DNA of 64,000 nt from Parcubacteria group bacterium (GCA_041662245.1 JBAZSW010000007.1:163-64162), one strand, 5' to 3'; positions 37,157 through 47,497 are shown, counted from the first letter of the stretch. Translations and numbers: made by a program. Notes: generated from the sequence alone by a model not told the origin.

Positions 37157-38032
37157 ATGATTATGCAAAAAATAAAAAAAGCAATTTTACCCGTTGCCGG
37201 ATTTGGAACTAGGTTCCTGCCGGCTACTAAAGCTCAACCCAAAGAGATGTTACCAGTAGTTGATAAACCCGTAATTCAATATTTAGTGGAAGAGGCAGTG
37301 GCTGCGGGAATTGAAGAAATAATTTTTGTAACTGGACGAGGCAAAAGAGCGATTGAAGATCATTTTGATAGCTCCTTTGAGTTAGAATACAATTTAGTAG
37401 AGAAGGATAAAAAAGATTTATTAGAGGAAGTAAGGAGAATATCGGGCTTGGCTAAATTTTCTTACGTAAGACAATCTCAGCCATTGGGCGATGGTCATGC
37501 AATTTTACAAGCCGCTCATCTTGTTGGAGATGAGCCTGTGTTGGTTATATTTGGAGATTGCCTCTATGATAGTGAGGTGCCTGCTTCAAGACAATTGATG
37601 GATACTTTTGAAAAATATGGTGACCCAGTTATTGGATTAAGCGCCATAGAAAAGAAGGATGTGTCAAAATTTGGAGTAATCGACGGAGTGGAATTAGATG
37701 AACATACTTGGGAAATTAAAAAAATGGTAGAAAAGCCAAAAGTTGAAGAAGCACCTAGCAATCTAGTGGCTGTAGGAAAATATATTATTACGCCGAGTGT
37801 TTTTGAAACATTAGCTAATATGAAACACGGTAAATCGGGCGAAATTAGATTAGCCGATGCTTTCGATATAATGTTAAGTGAAAATAAACCATTGTATGGG
37901 AGAATTTTAGAGGGAGCGTGGTTGGATACTGGTAATAAAATTAATTTCATGAAAGCAGCCATTCATTTAGGACTAAAACATCCGGAAATAAAGGATGATC
38001 TTAAAAAATATTTAAAGAGTTTGGGTATTTAA
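37157..38032 (+). CDS. galU: UTP--glucose-1-phosphate uridylyltransferase
   Basis: KAILPVAGFGTRFLPATKAQPKEMLPVVDKPVIQYLVEEA is the GalU N-terminus. Confidence 0.9.
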   Translation: MIMQKIKKAILPVAGFGTRFLPATKAQPKEMLPVVDKPVIQYLVEEAVAAGIEEIIFVTGRGKRAIEDHFDSSFELEYNLVEKDKKDLLEEVRRISGLAKFSYVRQSQPLGDGHAILQAAHLVGDEPVLVIFGDCLYDSEVPASRQLMDTFEKYGDPVIGLSAIEKKDVSKFGVIDGVELDEHTWEIKKMVEKPKVEEAPSNLVAVGKYIITPSVFETLANMKHGKSGEIRLADAFDIMLSENKPLYGRILEGAWLDTGNKINFMKAAIHLGLKHPEIKDDLKKYLKSLGI

Positions 38033-38037
38033 AATGC

Positions 38038-38787
38038 ATGAATCAAATAAAAATATTAGGAGTAAAAATAGATAATATTTCTGAAAAAGAAGTTCTCCTT
38101 AAAATAGAAGAATTTTTGAATGAGGATAAAATGCATCAAATTGTCACGCTTAATCCAGAAATTATCCTAAAGGCACAAGAAGATGATGTATTAAAAAGTG
38201 TTTTGAATAGGGCAGAATTGTCTTTGGCTGATGGAATAGGGATAAGATTTGCGTTGTGGCGATTTGGAAGGCATTTGCGAGTGAAAATGACGGGCATTGA
38301 TTTAATGTGGAAAATTTTAGAAATAGCCAACGAAAAAAAAATGACAGTTCTATTAGTGGCCAATAAAGGAGGGCTAAGTACTTGGCAGGAAACTAGGGAT
38401 GCTATTTTAAAAGTTTATCCTAATATAAAAATTAGTGGAGTATCTATTGATCCATCTGCTGGACATTTTGATAGGAGCATTGAACTTTCCAGTTTAAATA
38501 TAAAAGAGGGACATACTACTTTTGATATTTTATTTTGTAATTTTGGGGCCCCTTACCAAGAAAAATTTATCGCCAGTTTGAATCGTTGGAATAATTGGGC
38601 GCGTTTGGCTGTGGGAGTAGGGGGGAGCTTTGAATTTATAACTGGGAAGATAATGCGTGCGCCAAAGATATTTAGAAAAATCGGACTGGAATGGTTTTGG
38701 AGATTTTCTATTGAACCAAGATACAGAATTAAGAGAATCATTAAGGCTGTTATAATCTTTCCTATAAGAGTTTTATTTAATAAGTAG
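38038..38787 (+). CDS. tagA: WecB/TagA/CpsF-family (GT26) glycosyltransferase
   Basis: IVTLNPEI, ADGIGI, VGGSFEFITGKIMRAPKIFRKIGLEWFWR are GT26 signatures. Confidence 0.85.
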   Translation: MNQIKILGVKIDNISEKEVLLKIEEFLNEDKMHQIVTLNPEIILKAQEDDVLKSVLNRAELSLADGIGIRFALWRFGRHLRVKMTGIDLMWKILEIANEKKMTVLLVANKGGLSTWQETRDAILKVYPNIKISGVSIDPSAGHFDRSIELSSLNIKEGHTTFDILFCNFGAPYQEKFIASLNRWNNWARLAVGVGGSFEFITGKIMRAPKIFRKIGLEWFWRFSIEPRYRIKRIIKAVIIFPIRVLFNK

Positions 38788-38798
38788 TTATAAAGTAA

Positions 38799-39377
38799 AT
38801 GAAAATAGAATTCGAAGCTACTTTTGCCAATATAAACAAAAATGACATTAGAAATCGACTCAAAAAAGCTGGGGCGGTCTTAGCGCGAGGGGAATTTATG
38901 CAAAAGAGAGTTACCTTTAATTTTCCTACCGGACACGAAAATGAAAATGGATGGCTAAGGGTGAGGGATGAGGGTGATAAAATAACGATGATTATTAAAA
39001 TTATTGATGGCGAGAAAATTGAAAATCAAAAAGAAATAGGCTTAACTGTAAATGATTTTTCTGAAGCAGTGGAACTTTTAGAAACTATTGGTTGCAGGAA
39101 AAAATCTTATCAAGAAACCAAGCGGGAATTATGGATGCTGGACGAAGTGGAAATAATGCTAGATGAATGGCCATTTCTCGAACCTCTTGTGGAAATTGAG
39201 GGGAAATCAGAAGAAGCTGTCAAAAATGTTTCAGAAAAGTTAGGCTTTGATTACGCCCAAGCATTTTTTGGTTGTGTCAGCCCGCTTTATGCTAAAAAAT
39301 ACGGTGTAACCGAGGAATTTGTAAATAATCATGTGGCAGAAATAATTTTTGAAGGCAAAAATCCGTTTGAGAAATAA
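38799..39377 (+). CDS. CYTH-domain protein (class IV adenylyl cyclase / triphosphatase-like)
   Basis: N-terminal KIEFEATF (ExE), LRVRDEGDK, and EVEIMLDEWPFLEPLVEIEG (acidic beta-strands) fit CYTH. Confidence 0.7.
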   Translation: MKIEFEATFANINKNDIRNRLKKAGAVLARGEFMQKRVTFNFPTGHENENGWLRVRDEGDKITMIIKIIDGEKIENQKEIGLTVNDFSEAVELLETIGCRKKSYQETKRELWMLDEVEIMLDEWPFLEPLVEIEGKSEEAVKNVSEKLGFDYAQAFFGCVSPLYAKKYGVTEEFVNNHVAEIIFEGKNPFEK

Positions 39378-39381
39378 TTTT

Positions 39382-39612
39382 ATGAATAAAAAATCAGGTT
39401 GTTTTAATAAAAATATAATTTCAAAAAATATTTTTGAACGTGAAATTGAATTATGTAAGCAATTAAATAAAGAAAGTAAAAGCACAGGTTGCAATTGGGG
39501 AAAATGTGCCAATTGCGGTGTAATTCCATTACTTATAAAATTGCACAAGGGGATATTGCTTGAAGATAAAAAGGAATTAAAGGAAATAAAAAAAGAAATT
39601 TTTAATAAATAA
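39382..39612 (+). CDS. Small hypothetical Cys-rich protein
   Basis: MNKKSGCFNK...GCNWGKCANCGVIPLLIKLH. The start was chosen downstream of the CYTH stop. Confidence 0.35.
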   Translation: MNKKSGCFNKNIISKNIFEREIELCKQLNKESKSTGCNWGKCANCGVIPLLIKLHKGILLEDKKELKEIKKEIFNK

Positions 39613-39655
39613 TAAATAAAAATTTAAAATCGCTAATTATTAAGCAATCTTAGAT

Positions 39656-40024
39656 ATGGTTACACTTGGATTAAAAAAATTTATAGAGTCGAATGCAATG
39701 GCTCTGTCAACAGTTGGAAGAAATGGCAGTCCACATAATATTGCAGTGGCTTATGTTAAAGTTGTTGATGGTAAATTGGTGATATCTAATGCGCACATAA
39801 AAGAATCAATTAAGAATATAGAGAAAAATGAAAATGTTTCTTTGGCTATTTGGAATAAAGAATGGGAAAAAGCTTGTATTGGTTATGAAATTATAGGAAA
39901 AGCAAAAAACTATAGTAGTGGTAGGTGGTTTGATTTTGTTTGCAGCATGCCAGATAACGATGGGTATAAAATTAGCAGTGCCATAGTTGTAAAAATTATC
40001 AAGATAAAAAAACTTGAAGCATAA
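39656..40024 (+). CDS. Pyridoxamine 5'-phosphate oxidase-like FMN-binding split-barrel protein
   Basis: MALSTVGRNGSPHNIAVAYVKVVDGKLVISN...SLAIW is the PNPOx-like pattern. Confidence 0.65.
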   Translation: MVTLGLKKFIESNAMALSTVGRNGSPHNIAVAYVKVVDGKLVISNAHIKESIKNIEKNENVSLAIWNKEWEKACIGYEIIGKAKNYSSGRWFDFVCSMPDNDGYKISSAIVVKIIKIKKLEA

Positions 40025-40038
40025 AACATTTATTAAAG

Positions 40039-40419
40039 ATGAAAAATATGGGAATTAATGTTGAATTTAATCCAGATTTAGCCCTGCGAGATATCTCTAA
40101 ATATAAATCTGGAGAAAGAAGAATTGAAGAATGTGTGCCGGAAAATTTAGAAGAGGGAGAAGTTTATGAATTTCTCAAAAGCGGACAAAGATTGTATTAT
40201 TTGAGCGATAGTGAATTTTATGGCAATGGCCAGCTTCCATTGATGAAAACAAAGGGTAACGAAGATCTATCGCGACCACTAGCCAGTATAAAAATTTTAG
40301 AAGCCACACATTTTTTAGAAAATGGTGAAGTTTATACCAAGGGAAAATACCAAGTGATAAAAGTATTTGATGAAGCTGATCCGAAAATTCATTTTGAAGC
40401 ATGTAAAATAATTGAATAA
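40039..40419 (+). CDS. Hypothetical protein (126 aa)
   Basis: Clean ORF. No confident family. Confidence 0.45.
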   Translation: MKNMGINVEFNPDLALRDISKYKSGERRIEECVPENLEEGEVYEFLKSGQRLYYLSDSEFYGNGQLPLMKTKGNEDLSRPLASIKILEATHFLENGEVYTKGKYQVIKVFDEADPKIHFEACKIIE

Positions 40420-40458
40420 ATCGAGATTATAAAATAATATATTAATTAATAAATAAAT

Positions 40459-40791
40459 ATGTCAGAATTGATCATAAAAGAAAATCCAACACTGCCTGAT
40501 TTTCAAAAATATGCTACTGATATGGAGAGTCAAAGAGGTTTTCAAGACGAAACAATAATAGAACAATGTTTATTATTAGGAGAGGAAGTTGGGGAGCTTT
40601 TTAAGGCAGTACGTAAAAATAATACAACTTTGTCTTTCGATAATAAAAATTCCAAAGCCAAAGATGTCGCTAATGAACTAGCTGATATAATGATATATTT
40701 ATTTTGTATCTCCAATAGACTTGGTATAGACTTAGAAAAAGCGATTAGGGACAAGGAAGAAATAAATAAAAAAAGAATTTGGGAAAAATAA
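40459..40791 (+). CDS. MazG-like nucleotide pyrophosphohydrolase
   Basis: LLLGEEVGELFKAV...ANELADIMIYLFCISNRLGIDLE is the MazG EExxE/D helix pattern. Confidence 0.75.
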   Translation: MSELIIKENPTLPDFQKYATDMESQRGFQDETIIEQCLLLGEEVGELFKAVRKNNTTLSFDNKNSKAKDVANELADIMIYLFCISNRLGIDLEKAIRDKEEINKKRIWEK

Positions 40792-40931
40792 ATATATTAA
40801 TATAATGACATCCCTGACTTGTCGTACGCAGATGAAATTGAGGCTATATAATCAATTGTAATTAATCAAGATTTAGATAAATTAATCCCAGTTAAATAGT
40901 GCGGATTACCGCAATTTAACGGGACAAGTAT

Positions 40932-41519
40932 ATGCAAAGAAAAATAATTTTAGCTTCCAAATCGTATTGGCGAAAAGCTCTTCTGGAACAAATTGGATTA
41001 AAAGATTTTGAAATAGTTGAAAGTGATTACGAGGAGGATATGACAGCTTTAACTAATCCTAGAGAATTAGCCAAGTTTTTAGCTTTGAAAAAAGGAGAGG
41101 CTGTGGCAGAAAAATTTGATGATGCAATTATTATTTCTGGCGATACTTTTATAGTTTTTGAGGGAAAATTTATTGGTAAACCCAAAGATAGCGAAGATGC
41201 AAAGAAAACCCTTAGAATGTTTTCAGGAAAAGAGGTGACAGCTGTGAGTGGTTACGCTGTTATTGATACCAAAACTGGAAAAATAATTAATGATTTTAAT
41301 GAAGGCAATCTAATATTCAGAAATCTGAGTGAAGATGAAATTGATGATTATGTAGCGACGAAAGAGCCTTTAAGTTTAGCGGGATCATTTGGGATAATGA
41401 AGAGAGCCGCTGTTTTAATTGAGTCAGTCAATGGGGATTTTTATTCAATTGTCGGATTTCCCATTAATAAGATTTATTTAGCGCTAAAAGAGATGGGCGT
41501 GAATGTTTTTAAAATATAA
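40932..41519 (+). CDS. maf: Maf-like nucleoside triphosphate pyrophosphatase
   Basis: KIILASKSYWRKALLEQIGL...SGDTFIV...GKP are Maf family motifs. Confidence 0.88.
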   Translation: MQRKIILASKSYWRKALLEQIGLKDFEIVESDYEEDMTALTNPRELAKFLALKKGEAVAEKFDDAIIISGDTFIVFEGKFIGKPKDSEDAKKTLRMFSGKEVTAVSGYAVIDTKTGKIINDFNEGNLIFRNLSEDEIDDYVATKEPLSLAGSFGIMKRAAVLIESVNGDFYSIVGFPINKIYLALKEMGVNVFKI

Positions 41520-41784
41520 ATAAATTGACTATTCTTAGTTTAAAAGTTAGAATTTATAATAAGAATGAAGTAGACAATCAATGAATAGCGACGAGATTTC
41601 TCCGCTTCTAAATTTATGAGTACCATGTTATTTGACATGACAGGCATAACTTTATTCGGCCCGCTTCGCAGTAGCTTTAGCGAGGCGAGTCAAAATGACA
41701 TAATCGGAGATATTAAAAATTGGATATTTATTGATTTGGATATTGTTTGAAAATTGGTTATTGAATATTCCCCGAAAGGGGCAC

Positions 41785-41858
41785 GGGTGTATAGCTCAGT
41801 TGGTTAGAGCATTCGCATGACATGCGAGGGGTCTCTGGTTCGAGTCCAGATACGCCCA
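41785..41858 (+). tRNA. tRNA-Val(GAC)
   Basis: GGGTGTATAGCTCAGTTGGTTAGAGCATTCGCATGACATGCGAGGGGTCTCTGGTTCGAGTCCAGATACGCCCA. Anticodon loop ATGACAT gives GAC. Confidence 0.85.
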
Positions 41859-41940
41859 CTATTTTTAATCTTGAAAGAAGCTTTTTTAAAAGTACGTATT
41901 AATAAACAAAGCAGATTCAAATAATCTTTTGTAACTATAC

Positions 41941-42525
41941 ATGATAAATATAGAAGACTGCGAAAAAAAAGAGGATAAAGAACTTGTGAAGCTGTCCTTG
42001 GAAAATCAGGAATATTTTTATTGTATAATTTCTCGTTATGAGAAAATAATTCTATATTATATTCAGCGAATATCCTCATTATCCAAGGAAGATGCGGAAG
42101 ATATTTTGCAGGAAGTTTTTATTAGTGTTTATCAAAATTTAAACGATTTTGATGATAGTTTAAAATTTTCTTCTTGGATTTATAGAATTGCTCATAATAA
42201 AACAATTAGCGCTTGGCGAAAAACGAAATCTCGACCAAAAACTATTCCTACTGATAGTGATGAAAATTTATTTAATTTTATTGCCAGTAATGAAGATATC
42301 ATCGGAGAGCTCGAACGTAAGCACACCGCTAAAGAATTGAGGCTGTCTTTGGACAAATTGGATGAAAAATATAAAGAAGTTTTAATTTTAAAATTCTTAG
42401 AAGACAAAGATTATAAAGAAATTTCAGATATATTAAAAAAACCGATGGGAACAGTGGCGACCTTGATAAATAGAGCCAAGACAAAGCTTCGCGAAGAGAT
42501 AAATAGGCAAAAAATAATTAAATAA
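41941..42525 (+). CDS. RNA polymerase sigma factor, ECF (sigma-70 regions 2 and 4)
   Basis: DAEDILQEVFISVYQNL...FSSWIYRIAHNKTISAWRK (region 2), YKEISDILKKPMGTVATLINRAKTKLRE (region 4 HTH). Confidence 0.88.
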   Translation: MINIEDCEKKEDKELVKLSLENQEYFYCIISRYEKIILYYIQRISSLSKEDAEDILQEVFISVYQNLNDFDDSLKFSSWIYRIAHNKTISAWRKTKSRPKTIPTDSDENLFNFIASNEDIIGELERKHTAKELRLSLDKLDEKYKEVLILKFLEDKDYKEISDILKKPMGTVATLINRAKTKLREEINRQKIIK

Positions 42526-42535
42526 TTTAATTTTT

Positions 42536-43243
42536 ATGAGTGATCGGGCCAGTAAAATTTTAAAAGACATAGAGCAGAAAAAAATAAAACCAAAATCTAG
42601 ATGGTTATTTTTAGCTGAGGATTACTTACTGTGGGCTTTTTTTGTTTTAACTACATTGGTGGGTGCTTTGGCAGTAAGTGTAATAATATTTATTTGGGCA
42701 GATAATGATTGGGATATCTACAAATATTTAGAGAAAGATTTTTTTATCTATATGTTATGGAGCCTGCCTTATTTTTGGTTTATTGTTTTAGTGATTCTTT
42801 CTATAATTGCTTATTTTAATTATATTCATACTAGGAAAGGCTATTTACTAAATCCATATGGAGTAGTTGCAATAGGTTTATTGGGGAGCATTTTTTTAGG
42901 TTGGATATTTTTTGTAAGTGGGATGGGTAAAAGTGTTGATGAAATCTTAGATGACAATGTCGTTTATTATAATGGTTCGGATAAAAATAAGATATTTTTT
43001 TGGACTAATTCAAATAGGGGGCTTTTGGCAGGAGAAATTATTGAATTGAAAGATGGAAGCAGTTTGTTAATTATGGATTTTAATAAGGAGCGTTGGCAAG
43101 TAATGGGGGATGATACTATTTGGGAAAAAAGTGCTACACATAAAATAGGGGAAAGAATAAAAATTATCGGTAAAATTGAAAAAGAAGGCGTTTTCAAGGC
43201 ACGAGAAATTAGATCTTGGAATAACGCTTTTACCAATAGATAA
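42536..43243 (+). CDS. Putative anti-sigma factor: membrane protein with a C-terminal extracytoplasmic domain
   Basis: Immediately downstream of the ECF sigma gene, with 4 bp between them. 4 TM helices then a soluble domain. Assignment by gene context only. Confidence 0.45.
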   Translation: MSDRASKILKDIEQKKIKPKSRWLFLAEDYLLWAFFVLTTLVGALAVSVIIFIWADNDWDIYKYLEKDFFIYMLWSLPYFWFIVLVILSIIAYFNYIHTRKGYLLNPYGVVAIGLLGSIFLGWIFFVSGMGKSVDEILDDNVVYYNGSDKNKIFFWTNSNRGLLAGEIIELKDGSSLLIMDFNKERWQVMGDDTIWEKSATHKIGERIKIIGKIEKEGVFKAREIRSWNNAFTNR

Positions 43244-43358
43244 ATATAAAGACGCCGGATATTTGTGGCGACTTAACGTTATAGACGAAGGCGTTTTTAT
43301 TTTGTATAATGTATAGAGGAAATCAGAGATTAGCTGGGTAATTTTTTAAGAATAACCA

Positions 43359-44612
43359 ATGATTAAAATAAATAATTTAATAGGAAAATTCAAATTTTAC
43401 ATAACATCTTTTTTGTTTTTAGGAATGTTATTTTTTGCTCTCGGGACAACAATAGCAAATGCACAAGAAGTCACTAAAGAGAAAAATATTTTTGTTTTTG
43501 TAAGAGAAGGCTGTGGTGCTTGTGCTAAGGAAGAAGCTTTTTTAAAAACCATTAAGGACAGTAATATTAAGATTGCCCTTCTGGACATTCAAGATGCTGA
43601 AAACTATAGTAATTTTTTGAAAATTACGGATAAAAATAAATTATCCAAAGTCACTCCCATTACTCTAGTTGGAGGAGAGGTTTTGGTGGGATTTGATAGT
43701 AATGAACTGACGGGCAAGAAAATAATAGATTTGGCTGACAATGCTCATTTTGATATAGGTACTTATCTGCAAGAAGACTCGGCGATAGATAACGGCACTG
43801 AAGTTTGTAAGTTAGGTGGAGTAGATTCCTGTTCGAAAGATGATGTGGCGAAAAATGATTTAGAAAAAATAAAAGTTCCTGTTTTTGGAGTCATAAATAC
43901 CAAAGATTTTTCTTTATTGTCTTTGTCTGCTATTATTGGTTTTGTCGATGGATTTAATCCTTGTGCGATGTGGGTGCTGGTAGCCTTTTTAATTGCTCTC
44001 TCTCAAGTGGGAAGTCAACTTAAAATGTTTATAGTAGCAGGATTATTTATCATAGCAGAATCAGTGATGTATTTCTTAATTTTAAATGTCTGGTACAAAA
44101 CTTGGGATTTTATCAAATTAGATTGGCTGATGCTTCCGCTAGTGGGACTCTTAAGTCTGGGCGGAGGGATTTATTTTCTTTATAAATTTAGAAAAAATAA
44201 AGGGCAATTAGTTTGTGATGTAACTAGCCTCGAGCATCAAAGAAAAACTACCACAAAAATAAAAAATATTGCTACTCGACCACTTAATATTTTCGGAGCT
44301 TTTGTGATAATTGGTTTAGCTTTTTCAGTCAATATTATAGAGTTCGCTTGCTCAGTAGGGCTAGCCCAATCTTTCACAAAGATATTAGAGCTAAATAATT
44401 TGAGCTTTTGGGCTCAGCAATGGTACACGGGAGTTTACACTTTATTTTACATGGTGGATGATTTTATAGTTTTTGGTTTAGCCATTTTTGGTTATCGAAA
44501 ATTTTATCAGTTTGGTGCTAAGTATTCCAATTTAGCACTTTTAATTGGAGGAATTATTTTAATAATTTTAGGAATATTAATGATGACCGGTAAGAATGTT
44601 TTTGTTTTTTAA
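43359..44612 (+). CDS. Thiol-disulfide oxidoreductase: thioredoxin/glutaredoxin-like domain (CGAC) fused to a DsbD/CcdA-family transmembrane domain
   Basis: FVFVREGCGACAKEEAF (Trx-like CxxC), then LSAIIGFVDGFNPCAMWVLVAFL (CcdA/DsbD conserved Cys in a TM helix) and multiple TM helices. Confidence 0.75.
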   Translation: MIKINNLIGKFKFYITSFLFLGMLFFALGTTIANAQEVTKEKNIFVFVREGCGACAKEEAFLKTIKDSNIKIALLDIQDAENYSNFLKITDKNKLSKVTPITLVGGEVLVGFDSNELTGKKIIDLADNAHFDIGTYLQEDSAIDNGTEVCKLGGVDSCSKDDVAKNDLEKIKVPVFGVINTKDFSLLSLSAIIGFVDGFNPCAMWVLVAFLIALSQVGSQLKMFIVAGLFIIAESVMYFLILNVWYKTWDFIKLDWLMLPLVGLLSLGGGIYFLYKFRKNKGQLVCDVTSLEHQRKTTTKIKNIATRPLNIFGAFVIIGLAFSVNIIEFACSVGLAQSFTKILELNNLSFWAQQWYTGVYTLFYMVDDFIVFGLAIFGYRKFYQFGAKYSNLALLIGGIILIILGILMMTGKNVFVF

Positions 44613-44621
44613 TGAATTAAA

Positions 44622-46127
44622 GTGTATAAGTTTATGAATAATAAAAAAATTAGACTAAGATTTGCCCCCTCTCCAACGGGTTATATGCATGTGGGAAATT
44701 TTAGATCGGCTCTGTATGCTTATCTTTTTGTAAAAAAAAATAATGGAGAGTTTATATTACGCATCGAAGATACAGACAGAAAGAGGGAGGTTCAGGGTGC
44801 GGTAGAAAAAATAATTCAGATTATTAATTGGGCTGGATTTCAGTACCAGGAAGGAGTTTTTATGGAAGACGGAAAGATTGTTCAAAGAGGAGAATTTGGA
44901 CCTTATATTCAGTCTGAGCGCTTGGAAATATATAAGCAGTATGCCCAAGAACTAATAAAAAATAAAACAGCTTACTATTGTTTTTGTACGGAGGATGAAT
45001 TACAAGCGATGAGAGATGAGCAAATTGTCCAAAAGAAACCGCCTATGTATAATAGGAAATGTTTAAATTTATCTGCCGAAGAAATTGAGAAGAAAATAGC
45101 CAGTGGTGCTCCTTATGTTGTCCGACAAAAAATAAATACCCAAGGGATGACTGCCTACCAGGATATGGTGCGCGGACATATCGAATTTAAAAATGAACTT
45201 TTAGATGATCAGATTCTTATTAAGTCTGATGGATATCCTACTTATAATTTTGCTAATGTTATAGATGATCATCTGATGCAGATTAGCCACGTGTTTAGGG
45301 GAGAAGAATATATTTCGAGTACACCTAAATATATACAGCTCTATCAAAATTTTAATTGGGAGATTCCCGTGGTTGCCCATTTGCCACTTCTTCTAAATCT
45401 TGACAAATCAAAGCTCTCCAAGCGACAGGGGGATGTTTCAGTGGATGATTATATTAAAAATGGTTATTTGCGAGAGGCGATTATAAATTTCGTGGTGCTC
45501 TTGGGGTGGAATTTAGGAGAAGGTAGCACTCAAGAAATTTTTTCTCTCAAAGATTTAGAAAACATTTTTGATATCCAAAGAGTTCACAAAGCCGGAGCAT
45601 TTTTTGATATAAAAAAATTAGATTGGCTCAATGCCCAATATATTAAAAAGCTTTCTCTAAACGATCTGTATCAAAAATCATTGGAATTTTTTCAACAAAA
45701 AGATTTTTATAATAATGCTACTGCCGAAAAAAAAGTTGAAAGTTATCTAAAAAAAGTTTTAACCGTTGAACAGGAACGCTTGATAAAATTATCTGAAGTA
45801 GGGGAGGAGAATAAGTTCTTCTTTTCTGCCGAAGTGGATGTAAATGTCGATGATATGCGCTGGAAAGAAAACTCTGATAAGCAAACAAGAGAAAATTTAG
45901 AAAAAGCTAAGGATGTTTTAAAAAATATCTCTGACGAAAATTGGACTCTAGAGAATATTGAAAAAGAATTACTAGAAATCGCTGGTGACAAGAGAGGCGA
46001 TTTATTATTTCCGCTACGAGCTGTTCTTACGGGAGAAAAGAAATCACCCTCGCCCTTTCAGGTTTCTTGGGTGCTAGGGAAAGAAGAATCTTTAAAGAGA
46101 ATTGAAAAGGGGATAGCGTTAGTATAG
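44622..46127 (+). CDS. gltX: Glutamate--tRNA ligase
   Basis: RLRFAPSPTGYMHVGNFRSALYAYLF (HIGH region), KLSKRQGD (KMSKS). Confidence 0.95.
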   Translation: MYKFMNNKKIRLRFAPSPTGYMHVGNFRSALYAYLFVKKNNGEFILRIEDTDRKREVQGAVEKIIQIINWAGFQYQEGVFMEDGKIVQRGEFGPYIQSERLEIYKQYAQELIKNKTAYYCFCTEDELQAMRDEQIVQKKPPMYNRKCLNLSAEEIEKKIASGAPYVVRQKINTQGMTAYQDMVRGHIEFKNELLDDQILIKSDGYPTYNFANVIDDHLMQISHVFRGEEYISSTPKYIQLYQNFNWEIPVVAHLPLLLNLDKSKLSKRQGDVSVDDYIKNGYLREAIINFVVLLGWNLGEGSTQEIFSLKDLENIFDIQRVHKAGAFFDIKKLDWLNAQYIKKLSLNDLYQKSLEFFQQKDFYNNATAEKKVESYLKKVLTVEQERLIKLSEVGEENKFFFSAEVDVNVDDMRWKENSDKQTRENLEKAKDVLKNISDENWTLENIEKELLEIAGDKRGDLLFPLRAVLTGEKKSPSPFQVSWVLGKEESLKRIEKGIALV

Positions 46128-46159
46128 ACACATTAAAAAATAAATTTTAAAATCTCTAT

Positions 46160-47497
46160 ATGGAGATAAAAAATAAAAGAAAAAATAGAATTTATATTGT
46201 GAAGTTATTTATACTTTTTGTTTTTGCGTTTATTTTTTATTCTCCCAAATTTATTTTAGCTGATGATTCTACGAGTACAACTCTAACTGCCGAAGATCAA
46301 AAAAAAATAGATGAGACTAACGAAGAGCTTGAAAAACTTAATGAAAAAGCGGCTACTTATGAAAAATTGTTATTGCTCAAACAAAAGCAAAAAAATCTTT
46401 TGGGTACTCAAATAGATAGTTTAAACTCAGGAATATCTGATATCGAAAACAAAATTAAAGAAAATTCAATTAGCTTAGAAGAATTAAATAAACGAAATGA
46501 TGAGCTCCAAACTGAAATATTAAAAAATGAGGTTTTAATTCAAAATCAGAGAAAAATTCTTGCTGATATTGTCAGATCCTACCAAGAAAACAATGAAAAT
46601 ACGCTTACTAAAATTATTTTTAATATAGAAAGTTTTTCTAGTATCGTTAAAAGGGATGATTATTTGAGTCAGACTAGTGATAAGATACTGGAGATAACTA
46701 ATAATTTAAAATCTCTTCAGGTGGAAATAAAAAAGTCCCAAAGTGAGTTGCTAAAGAATAGAGATGCTTTAGTAGAAATTAAAATTAAATTGTCTGAAGA
46801 AAATACTAATCTGCGTTCAGCTAAGATTCAAAAAAATACACTTTTAATTCAAACTCAAGGCGATGAAGCCACTTATCAAGCCAAATTAGACAAGATAGAA
46901 AAACAAAAGAAACAATTATTGGGAGATATTGATGAATTGTATAATGCTAATTTTGCCGAAATTAGTGCTTTTGCTTCAAAATTAAGCAAGCCAACTTCGG
47001 GATTGGCAGAAACTAGTTGGTATTATTCCCAGAAAGATCCTCGTTGGGGAAATGAAACCATTGGAAATTCTAGATCAAAAATGAAGGATCTGGGTTGTGC
47101 CGTGAGCTCAGTGGCAATGGTTTTCACTTATCATGGAGAGCATATTAATCCTAAACAACTATCAGATAGGCCTATTTTTTCTTGGGATCTAATTAATTGG
47201 CCTAAAACTTGGGATAGTTTAACTCTTTCTAGTAGTACTGGTCATGGTGGAGTGAGCTGGAGTACGATTGATAAGGAAATTAAGAATGAAAATCCGGTTA
47301 TTGTTTTTATTAACGCTAAAAATGGGGCAGGGCATTATGTAGTGATTCATCATAAGGCAAATAATGGAAAATATGTAGTACATGATCCATATTGGGGAGC
47401 CAATATTTATTTGGATTCAAGTATGGAATTGTTATCAAAACTTTATAAAGTTTCTGTCTCTAAGAGTGCAATTAATCAGATGATAATATATAAGTAG
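46160..47497 (+). CDS. Secreted coiled-coil protein with a C-terminal peptidase C39-like (papain-fold) domain
   Basis: Signal/TM segment, about 250 aa of coiled-coil, then DLGCAVSSVAMVFTYHGE...GAGHYVVIHHKANNGKYVVHDPYWG, the Cys...His arrangement of Peptidase_C39_2. Confidence 0.6.
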   Translation: MEIKNKRKNRIYIVKLFILFVFAFIFYSPKFILADDSTSTTLTAEDQKKIDETNEELEKLNEKAATYEKLLLLKQKQKNLLGTQIDSLNSGISDIENKIKENSISLEELNKRNDELQTEILKNEVLIQNQRKILADIVRSYQENNENTLTKIIFNIESFSSIVKRDDYLSQTSDKILEITNNLKSLQVEIKKSQSELLKNRDALVEIKIKLSEENTNLRSAKIQKNTLLIQTQGDEATYQAKLDKIEKQKKQLLGDIDELYNANFAEISAFASKLSKPTSGLAETSWYYSQKDPRWGNETIGNSRSKMKDLGCAVSSVAMVFTYHGEHINPKQLSDRPIFSWDLINWPKTWDSLTLSSSTGHGGVSWSTIDKEIKNENPVIVFINAKNGAGHYVVIHHKANNGKYVVHDPYWGANIYLDSSMELLSKLYKVSVSKSAINQMIIYK

